Part shown: piece after piece, positions 1-4,955 of the stretch
Layout of the letters: each line of letters opens with the position of its first letter
Numbering within the stretch: the first letter of the stretch is position 1
IMG/VR virus record: IMGVR_UViG_3300018483_000002
Span: 1-4,955 of that record
Source: a virus
Lineage: Duplodnaviria > Heunggongvirae > Uroviricota > Caudoviricetes
Direction: 5' to 3' (one strand)
DNA length: 4,955 bases
Translations under genes and position numbers: made by a program
Notes under the pieces: generated by a model
Database searches by the model: none
What the model saw: the letters and a program-made list of their open reading frames with translations, nothing else
Told to the model about the DNA's origin: nothing

Positions 1-36
1 AATTATGTCACTCTAATTTTTACTAGCTTCGAAGTG

Positions 37-483
37 TTAATTTGTAACGACTCTAAATATCATATCTTGAATGAGCTTAATTACTTCAGCATTTATCCCT
101 AACAGCCGTCTCTCTGCATAGTGTACTCGCGGACCATTACGACTGACGCGATCACGCAGGCCGTAGTGATGAACACGGGCAATGCGCTGTACCTTACCTT
201 CAAACTGCACGCTGGCAGAATCGGCGCTGGCGGCAGTTTTCAGGTATTTTGTGGTGCGAAGCTTTGTAAACATCTGACGTTTGATGCGCCCCTTTTTACT
301 GCGTGCTGTTACCCTTCGCGGTTCATAGCTGCTGCCATCAGGATTACGCTGCATCCTGATGTTCTGCTGCTGTGTCCGGCGAAGTTCCTGCGCCAGCTGG
401 CGCATCATGCGGCTTCTCGTGGCTGGTTCCAGATTCGCCAGCAAGGCACTCAGCCAGTCGTCCACCTTCTGCAGTTCAGCCAC
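37..483 (-). CDS. S: Phage virion morphogenesis / tail completion protein, gpS-like
   Basis: ORF track 37..483 (148 aa), stop TAA at 37-39. The first codon is GTG at 481-483, 2 nt after the R stop (TGA 476-478), which suggests translational coupling. The translation carries blocks (MMRQLAQELRRTQQQ, RIARVHHYGL) that I recall from P2 gpS-family proteins, and its position after R matches P2 synteny. Confidence 0.8.
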   Translation of the reverse strand: MAELQKVDDWLSALLANLEPATRSRMMRQLAQELRRTQQQNIRMQRNPDGSSYEPRRVTARSKKGRIKRQMFTKLRTTKYLKTAASADSASVQFEGKVQRIARVHHYGLRDRVSRNGPRVHYAERRLLGINAEVIKLIQDMIFRVVTN

Positions 484-907
484 GTTTCACCGTCCACATT
501 TCTTCAGGTTCATCGGGTTCTGCTACAGCTTCAACGCTCGACACACTGCCGTCAGTGCTGACCAGCACACGTTCCGTCAGTTGCAGATTAAGGCTGATAT
601 CACAGACATCGTTGCGCAAAATATCCACATCAAAGGTGAATAGCTTTTCCCGTAACGCCGGGTTATTGATGGCATCGGGCTGGTTATCCCTCAGCCACAG
701 CAAAACCGGGGCCATCAGCAGATTCTGGTCGCCGCTGAAATCCTCTATCACCACGTTCAGGGTATAGCGGTACTCCCATGACATGGAGCTGGCCCCCGTG
801 GCAACCAGCGAACCGTTATCCACAAACAGATGCAGTTTGTCCGGGTTATTGCGGACATAAGGCACAGCTTTATTGAGGGCGTGGCGCAGGGATTGTGGTT
901 TGTTCAC
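476..907 (-). CDS. R: Phage tail completion protein, gpR-like
   Basis: ORF track 476..928; stop TGA at 476-478. The track's first codon at 926-928 is TTG. I place the start at GTG 905-907, which is preceded by AGGAGC 6 nt upstream and gives MNKPQSLRHAL..., matching the P2 gpR N-terminus as I recall it (MLKPDSLRRAL...). Conserved FVDNGS, RYTLNV and LTERVLV blocks are present. Confidence 0.8.
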   Translation of the reverse strand: MNKPQSLRHALNKAVPYVRNNPDKLHLFVDNGSLVATGASSMSWEYRYTLNVVIEDFSGDQNLLMAPVLLWLRDNQPDAINNPALREKLFTFDVDILRNDVCDISLNLQLTERVLVSTDGSVSSVEAVAEPDEPEEMWTVKRG

Positions 908-1160
908 TGTTTCGCTCCTGACACGCAATAATCATGTCCACTTTGTCTGCACAGACCGCCCAGGCGGCCTCCGTTTCATCCAGCAACGCATTCAGATCAC
1001 CGTTAGTGCGCGGTGCTGCCTGCTCCAGCCGACACGGCGTCACTCGCGGACAACCACTGACGGTAAGCTGCACCTCCGGTGAGTGCCGGACGTTCCCGCA
1101 GCCGGATAATGTCAGCAGGCAAAGGAGTATCAGCCCAGTGGCGTAAATCCTCGTTCTCAC
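870..1160 (-). CDS. lysC: Outer-membrane spanin lipoprotein (LysC / Rz1-like o-spanin)
   Basis: 96-aa ORF in a different frame, starting inside the 3' part of lysB and ending 38 nt inside R (stop TAA 870-872). GTG start at 1158-1160 is preceded by GAGGA about 8 nt upstream. N-terminus MRTR-IYATGLILLCLLT-LSGC is a lipoprotein signal with lipobox LSGC (Cys codon 1098-1100). The mature part is Pro- and Cys-rich, as is typical of o-spanins. Confidence 0.6.
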   Translation of the reverse strand: MRTRIYATGLILLCLLTLSGCGNVRHSPEVQLTVSGCPRVTPCRLEQAAPRTNGDLNALLDETEAAWAVCADKVDMIIACQERNSEQTTIPAPRPQ

Positions 1161-1431
1161 GTTTCAGTTCCTCGATCCGGCGTTGTCGTTGTCTCAGCTG
1201 TGCGCTGGTCTGTTCTGCTTCGGCATAGAGCCGCACCTGCTCCCGGTTATTGGTTTCAGTCAGAATGGACAGGCTGATAAGCTGGCTGTTGCTCTTTGCC
1301 AGTGCCTGGCTTTTGCTCTTCAGCTCGTCTGCCTGCGTGCTAATGGTCTGGCTGGCATCAGCCAGCCGCCACGCCTGCCAGCCCAGCGCCGCCAGTAATA
1401 ACGCCAGCACAACCAGCAGCAACCGGTTCAT
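1003..1431 (-). CDS. lysB: Inner-membrane spanin (LysB / Rz-like i-spanin)
   Basis: 142 aa; ATG at 1429-1431 overlaps the lysA stop (ATGA). It has one N-terminal TMD (LLLVVLALLLAALGW) followed by a charged, Q/E/R/L-rich predicted coiled coil. It sits after the endolysin and lysA and contains the embedded lipoprotein ORF, which is the classic Rz/Rz1 arrangement. Confidence 0.75.
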   Translation of the reverse strand: MNRLLLVVLALLLAALGWQAWRLADASQTISTQADELKSKSQALAKSNSQLISLSILTETNNREQVRLYAEAEQTSAQLRQRQRRIEELKRENEDLRHWADTPLPADIIRLRERPALTGGAAYRQWLSASDAVSAGAGSTAH

Positions 1432-1805
1432 GCTGCTACCTGTTGCGCCATCTGATTACGGGTGATCCAGAAGGCAATAACGGTCAGTAGATAAAAGACC
1501 AGGGTAATAGCCCACCCCGTCCATGCGAGACTTACAACAATCAGCAATCGCATCACCCAACTGGTAAATACGTTTTCTTTTCGGGTAATTGTCTTCAGCA
1601 AAGATGCCCTTAACTCCTGCCAGAGCGGGCCATTCTTAATTAACGCAGCCAGTGCTACCGGAATTACCGCCCATGTCAGCAAACAGGCTACCCAAACGCC
1701 GGACGCTGCCAGTACCGGAAAAATCCCCTGCGGATACACCATTGCTGCGATTAACAGCGCCATCCATAACATCAGAAACAGTCCGCTGATTAATTTCTTT
1801 TTCAT
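1428..1805 (-). CDS. lysA: LysA-like polytopic membrane protein (lysis-timing accessory, function unproven)
   Basis: In-frame ATG at 1803-1805 is preceded by GGGAG about 8 nt upstream and lies directly after the endolysin stop (TGAAATG). The 125-aa product has 3-4 hydrophobic segments. Its position between the endolysin and lysB matches P2 lysA. The track's longer 1428..1877 ORF would start inside the endolysin gene with no RBS. Confidence 0.6.
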   Translation of the reverse strand: MKKKLISGLFLMLWMALLIAAMVYPQGIFPVLAASGVWVACLLTWAVIPVALAALIKNGPLWQELRASLLKTITRKENVFTSWVMRLLIVVSLAWTGWAITLVFYLLTVIAFWITRNQMAQQVAA

Positions 1806-1806
1806 T

Positions 1807-2319
1807 TCAGTTTGCTCCCTGTAAACACCAGGCCATCTCCCGCGCACGGCGGTTATCCAGCCCCTGATTAAACACACCTTTTACATAAACCCAGCGCGGT
1901 AACTGTCGGCACGCATCCGCCCAGCGCCGCTGATTGAGCAATTTCACCAGCGTGGAGCTGCAGGCATTGCCTGTCCCCACGTTGAAGGCAAACGACACCA
2001 CCGAGTCATACACCTTTTGTGGCGGCTGTTGCTTCACACACCTTTCCAGCGCCCGCTCCACACGCAGCACGTTGGAGATCAGCCCTTCCGCTGCCTGTCG
2101 TTCCGTAATGGTTTTGCCTGGAATGACGCCAGATGTATTACCAATGCCGTCGGTCCAGACACCCGCGCTGCACTGATACGGCTGCAGACGACAGCCTTCG
2201 TAATCGGCAATCAGTTTCAGCCCCTCCACGGAGGTGTGAAGCTGCTGAAAACCCGGCAGCGTGGCAGCAATAGCCAGCACGGTCCCGACAAGGCAGCGTT
2301 TAACGATTGATGGATTCAT
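1807..2319 (-). CDS. SAR endolysin, T4-lysozyme-fold (GH24) muramidase of the P1 Lyz type
   Basis: 170 aa; ATG 2317-2319 preceded by GGGAGGA; stop TGA 1807-1809. The N-terminus has a weakly hydrophobic Ala/Gly/Thr-rich segment (CLVGTVLAIAATLPGF), typical of a signal-arrest-release domain. The catalytic block EGCRLQPYQCSAGVWTDGIGNT aligns with T4L E11...D20...T26 and with P1 Lyz EGCRRDPYMCPAGVWTDGIGNT (from memory). Residues are E41 (2197-2199), C43 (2191-2193), C50 (2170-2172), T56 (2152-2154) and SAR Cys9 (2293-2295). Confidence 0.9.
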   Translation of the reverse strand: MNPSIVKRCLVGTVLAIAATLPGFQQLHTSVEGLKLIADYEGCRLQPYQCSAGVWTDGIGNTSGVIPGKTITERQAAEGLISNVLRVERALERCVKQQPPQKVYDSVVSFAFNVGTGNACSSTLVKLLNQRRWADACRQLPRWVYVKGVFNQGLDNRRAREMAWCLQGAN

Positions 2320-2515
2320 AGTCCTCCCGCGAGATCTGCCCGTCGCGCAGAAGCTGGTAGGCTTTGTGTTTGTAGTACCAGTTGATAGCCAGCATCAGCA
2401 CACCAATCATCAGGCCGCCCAGCGTTGAGGCATCCTTGATGGACAAATCGCCCAGCCAGGCCAGCACGACGGCGATGCAATACGTGATAAAGGCGCTGAT
2501 TCGCTCAAGCGTCAT
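2300..2515 (-). CDS. Putative holin, small two-TMD (class II-like) membrane protein
   Basis: 71 aa; ATG 2513-2515 lies 3 nt after the X stop; stop TAA 2300-2302 overlaps the endolysin start by 20 nt. Two hydrophobic segments (ISAFITYCIAVVLAWLG and LGGLMIGVLMLAINWYY) are followed by a charged C-terminal tail (KHKAYQLLRDGQISREDYESINR). Its position directly upstream of the endolysin supports a holin call. It is not similar to P2 Y as I recall it. Confidence 0.6.
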   Translation of the reverse strand: MTLERISAFITYCIAVVLAWLGDLSIKDASTLGGLMIGVLMLAINWYYKHKAYQLLRDGQISREDYESINR

Positions 2516-2518
2516 AAT

Positions 2519-2722
2519 TCAGTCCCATAGCTGGACGGTCTGCACGGTGGTGGTGGTCGGAATGTCCGGCAGCTCCACCTGCAGCCCGTGAGGTAAAAAG
2601 GGGCCGTATTCGGCAAGCCCCGGATTTGCCTTCAGTACCTGCTCCGTGACACCCTGCGTGCGCCCGTAATGACGCCAGCAAAGCGCGTCCACCGTGTCAT
2701 ACTGATGCGCACGCACTTTCAT
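2519..2722 (-). CDS. X: Phage tail protein X (gpX-like)
   Basis: 67 aa; ATG 2720-2722 shares a base with the L stop (TGATG). The translation MKVRAHQYDTVDALCWRHYGRTQGVTEQVLKANPGLAEYGPFLPHGLQVELPD closely resembles P2 gpX as recalled (same length, DTLDAIC..YYGRT..NPGLAE..LPHG..VELPD). Confidence 0.8.
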   Translation of the reverse strand: MKVRAHQYDTVDALCWRHYGRTQGVTEQVLKANPGLAEYGPFLPHGLQVELPDIPTTTTVQTVQLWD

Positions 2723-3186
2723 CAGATAAGCTCCACTGTGCAGTGCGGCGCATCCTGTACCCGGCTGATGGCCCAGCGGGCGTCACGCCACAAATCACCG
2801 CTGGCTTCTGCCAGTTCTTCGCCCCGCTTCACACCGGATGCCGTGGCGTCATAGTCCTGGTATCGTTCGTTGAGCATGGCGCGTGCCCAGCAGTAAACCG
2901 CGTTGAAATAGTGCTGAATGCGCTCACTTTTGCCGTCCAGCTGTTCCGCCGGAACCTCTGCCAGCGAGGCATATCCCAGCATCTGCTGACGTCTGCGAAA
3001 CTCATACAGCTCTGCGTTGACCTCCGAAATTGCCGACAGCGCAACCTGCTTTAAACGCGGCTGCGTCACCGTGCCGTCAGTGCGCATGACACTGCGAAAC
3101 TCCGACAGGTCCACATCAGGCCAGAACGGCGTATTTCTGATGATTTCCGCCTGTTCCGGTGCCTGTTCTGGCGCAACAAACTTCAT
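2722..3186 (-). CDS. L: Head completion / stabilization protein (gpL-like)
   Basis: Stop TGA 2722-2724. I place the start at ATG 3184-3186, which has AGGAGA 8 nt upstream and gives a 154-aa protein (MKFVAPEQ...). The track's longer ORF begins at GTG 3247-3249 with no SD and inside a GC hairpin. Conserved gpL-like blocks are present (NTPFWPDVD, NAELYEF, DLWRDARWAISRVQ). Confidence 0.78.
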   Translation of the reverse strand: MKFVAPEQAPEQAEIIRNTPFWPDVDLSEFRSVMRTDGTVTQPRLKQVALSAISEVNAELYEFRRRQQMLGYASLAEVPAEQLDGKSERIQHYFNAVYCWARAMLNERYQDYDATASGVKRGEELAEASGDLWRDARWAISRVQDAPHCTVELI

Positions 3187-3251
3187 GCTGCTGTCTCCTG
3201 AAATAGAGGGCGGTGGACGGGGTTTTGATGTGGCAGTGCCTTTCGCCACCC

Positions 3252-3276
3252 CGTGCCGCCCGTGCGCGGGGGCACG
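3252..3276 (-). other. GC-rich stem-loop in the M-L intercistronic spacer (possible mRNA structure; not a canonical intrinsic terminator)
   Basis: Inverted repeat CGTGCC(G)CCCG-TGCG-CGGGGGCACG: a 6 bp + 4 bp stem with a one-base bulge and a 4-nt loop, starting 6 nt after the M stop. No U-tract follows on the transcribed strand. Confidence 0.3.
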
Positions 3277-3281
3277 TTCTG

Positions 3282-3932
3282 TCAGCGGCTGTCATTGCGC
3301 AGTCTGCGCTCCAGCTGCTGTTTGTCTTTTTTCACGCCACAGCGGGGATCGAGCTGTAACGCATGGTTGAGATGATTAAGGGCGGACGCCGGATTGTTTT
3401 CACTCAGGACAGCGCCAATCGCTTTATGCAGACGCGCCCGTGACTGGTCCGGCATATCCATACCGTCTGTCAGCTCCAGCGTCTGCAGCAACAGATCGGC
3501 ATCAAAGCCGGTGGCGGCAAGCATTGCGCTCTGGGCTGCATCTGCCATTTCCTCTGCCAGCACGGTCTGCACGTTGCGGTTACCCAGCGGCATCACCCAG
3601 CCATGACGCAGGGCATGACGCCCGATCTCCAGCGCCCCGGCATAATCTCCGGCATCAATGCGCCACAGCATCACGTACATCAGCACGTCATCCTGTTGAG
3701 CGCCTCCGGCAGCCAGGACACCCTCTGCCCAGGCGGCGTACTTCGGCAGCAGCTCCACCTTGATTTCCGCTTTTTTGACCGTGGACTGAACGCCCTTGAG
3801 ACGGCGGCGGTCTTCCGCCAGCTGCAGCAGCATCAGGTCATAGCCCGACGCGTGGCGAACACTGCCGCCCTCGCGGGCGGCCTGTTCAGCCTGAACGCGC
3901 AGGCGATGCTGCCGTGCGGGACTCAGGCTCAT
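3282..3932 (-). CDS. M: Terminase small (endonuclease) subunit, gpM-like
   Basis: 216 aa; ATG 3930-3932 lies 3 nt after the N stop, with GGAGCG upstream; stop TGA 3282-3284. The block AQQDDVLMYVMLWRIDAGDYAGALEIGRHALRHGWVMP matches the P2 gpM core as recalled (AQDDILMTVMLWRLDTGDIAGALEIARYALKYGLTMP). Confidence 0.85.
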   Translation of the reverse strand: MSLSPARQHRLRVQAEQAAREGGSVRHASGYDLMLLQLAEDRRRLKGVQSTVKKAEIKVELLPKYAAWAEGVLAAGGAQQDDVLMYVMLWRIDAGDYAGALEIGRHALRHGWVMPLGNRNVQTVLAEEMADAAQSAMLAATGFDADLLLQTLELTDGMDMPDQSRARLHKAIGAVLSENNPASALNHLNHALQLDPRCGVKKDKQQLERRLRNDSR

Positions 3933-3935
3933 GGA

Positions 3936-4955
3936 TTACGCTCCGGTTTCTGCTGCGGCGGCGCTGAAGTCGCCAATCTGGATGTTTTCCACCAGTGCGG
4001 CGCAGCGGTAGTCCTCAACCACATAGGCTTCGTTAACGGATTCAAAGTTTTCAATCCGGTCACGTTTCGGGTTGTCGATAACCGAACGGCGGCGGGTGTC
4101 CTCCTGCCAGTAAATGGACAGGTTATCCAGACGGGTGATCAGCAGCGCATTCGGCGGGAAGAACGGCGCACGCACGGCCTGCAGGCCACCCATGCGTTTC
4201 TGACTGATGATCATATCGGCAGCCAGTTTTTCACTGTTTTCCTGCTCTTTGTTGACCAGCGGGAAATACTTGTCAGACAGCAGCTCACGACCGCAAATCA
4301 CCACCAGATCGTCATCGTCCTGGTAGACCACGTCGATAAGCTCATTGACGGCATCCATCACCACGGCGTCCAGGTTGGCATATTCGCCACCTTTCCCGAC
4401 TTTCACTGCGCCCGGTGTGGTTTCACCGCCCGTGGTGGTGCTGCCCATGACGTGATCCGGTGCATCCTCACGGATTTTCTGCAGCCAGCCTTTGTTCACA
4501 TCCTGCAGCAGCGGGTTTTCACTACGGTTGGAGGTTTTCGCACGCTTCACGCCGTTAAAGCCGATCATGATGCGGTCCAGTGCCTGACGTTTCACGATGG
4601 CGTTACGGATACGCACCTGGAAATCCTGAAACTTCGCCCACAGGTCCAGCTTCGCGTAGGTCAGCACCGTGTCAAAGTTGGTCTGTTCGCATTTGTATTC
4701 CACATCGACCATCAGCGTCGGATCGACAGGTTCACGCTCTTTCGCGGTGGTGTCAGTGGTTCCGGCAATGGTGCTGCCAACACCCAGCCCCAGCAGCTGA
4801 CCGGACTGCTCAGTCACTGGCGTGACGTTAATCAGCGTCAGGAAAGCGGCGGACTGCTGGATCTGGTCTTCCAGCGTCTGCTGTACAGACGGCTCCACGG
4901 TGAATTTGCTGGACAGTTCAGATCGGCAGAGCGTCGTGTAGGGAAAGAGTGTAGA
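3936..4955 (-). CDS. N: Major capsid protein (gpN-like), 5'-partial (N-terminus lies beyond the right window edge)
   Basis: Stop TAA 3936-3938. The reading frame stays open to position 4955; the track's M at 4898 is a GTG internal to the gene, and upstream in-frame codons read ...SELSSKFTVEPSVQQTL, matching P2 gpN ...SKKFTVEPSVTQTL. Strong gpN similarity runs along the whole length (IRNAIVKRQALDRIMIGFNGVKRA, SQKRMGGLQAVRAPFFP, DFSAAAAETGA C-terminus). Confidence 0.9.
   Translation of the reverse strand, partial: STLFPYTTLCRSELSSKFTVEPSVQQTLEDQIQQSAAFLTLINVTPVTEQSGQLLGLGVGSTIAGTTDTTAKEREPVDPTLMVDVEYKCEQTNFDTVLTYAKLDLWAKFQDFQVRIRNAIVKRQALDRIMIGFNGVKRAKTSNRSENPLLQDVNKGWLQKIREDAPDHVMGSTTTGGETTPGAVKVGKGGEYANLDAVVMDAVNELIDVVYQDDDDLVVICGRELLSDKYFPLVNKEQENSEKLAADMIISQKRMGGLQAVRAPFFPPNALLITRLDNLSIYWQEDTRRRSVIDNPKRDRIENFESVNEAYVVEDYRCAALVENIQIGDFSAAAAETGA

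Larger units (their letters stand above)
1..4955 (-). mobile_element. Segment of a P2-like temperate phage/prophage late (capsid-lysis-tail completion) operon; neither end of the element is in the window
   Basis: Eleven consecutive minus-strand genes in P2 order (N-M-L-X-holin-endolysin-lysA-lysB/lysC-R-S) with recognisable gpN, gpM, gpL, gpX and gpR-like translations. No att sites, integrase or cos site are visible. Confidence 0.85.

Noticed and set aside
1-36. AT-rich sequence after the S stop as promoter or terminator of the next late operon
   Set aside because: Only 36 bp are in the window and I found no TGT-N12-ACA Ogr/Delta-type dyad or clear hairpin; it is too short to call.
908-928. 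TTG start for R at 926-928
   Set aside because: The GTG at 905-907 has an AGGAGC SD at correct spacing and gives an N-terminus matching gpR; the TTG has no SD.
1806-1877. N-terminal extension of the lysA-like ORF (track 1428..1877)
   Set aside because: It would start 70 nt inside the endolysin gene with no RBS; the internal ATG at 1803-1805 has GGGAG upstream and is coupled to the endolysin stop.
2829-3044. Minus-strand 71-aa ORF inside gene L in another frame
   Set aside because: Fully embedded in the gpL coding region with an Arg/Cys/Trp-rich translation and no RBS; it is an alternate-frame artefact.
3187-3249. Longer gpL starting at GTG 3247-3249 (track ORF 2722..3249)
   Set aside because: There is no Shine-Dalgarno upstream, the GTG sits inside the GC hairpin, and the added 21 residues (AKGTATSKPRPPPSISGDSS) look like non-coding read-through, whereas ATG 3184-3186 has a strong AGGAGA. 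It is not fully excluded.
3252-3276. Rho-independent terminator after gene M
   Set aside because: The stem is GC-rich but no U-tract follows on the transcribed (minus) strand, and L is downstream in the same operon.
121-4825. All plus-strand ORFs in the track (121..561, 359..643, 372..767, 873..1082, 934..1146, 1183..1398, 1250..1465, 1934..2176, 2017..2310, 2382..2591, 2669..2854, 2743..3054, 3017..3370, 3394..3606, 3440..3763, 4580..4825)
   Set aside because: Each lies entirely antisense to a well-supported minus-strand phage gene. The translations are low-complexity and Ser/Arg/Cys/Pro-rich with no recognisable domains or convincing RBS, which is typical of shadow ORFs in GC-rich coding DNA.
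4896-4898. Apparent start of the capsid gene at 4898
   Set aside because: The codon is GTG and the frame stays open to the window edge, with gpN-like sequence upstream (SKFTVEPSV); the gene is 5'-truncated by the window, not started here.
1-4955. Defence or cargo island, tRNA, CRISPR array, IS element
   Set aside because: Every gene fits P2 late-operon synteny and the junctions are too tight for insertions; no direct-repeat arrays, tRNA-like structures or transposase-like ORFs were seen.

Overview
The window is a contiguous piece of a P2-family (Peduovirus-like) phage or prophage late operon, with every gene on the minus strand and transcription running from the right edge to the left. In transcription order it holds the major capsid protein N (5' end runs off the right edge), terminase small subunit M, head completion protein L, tail protein X, a small two-TMD holin, a P1 Lyz-type SAR endolysin, a LysA-like membrane protein, overlapping LysB/LysC spanins, and the tail completion proteins R and S. 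Gene order and the tight, often overlapping junctions match the P2 PO operon, with no inserted cargo gene, RNA gene, CRISPR array or transposon. I do not see a novel or undescribed system here. The most notable point is that the holin and endolysin are not P2 Y/K-like: the endolysin carries the full cysteine pattern of the disulfide-caged P1 Lyz. Other points are the embedded o-spanin that extends into gene R, a GC-rich stem-loop in the only real intergenic gap (M-L), and several non-AUG starts. All homology statements come from reading the translations and recalling family sequences; no database search was run.
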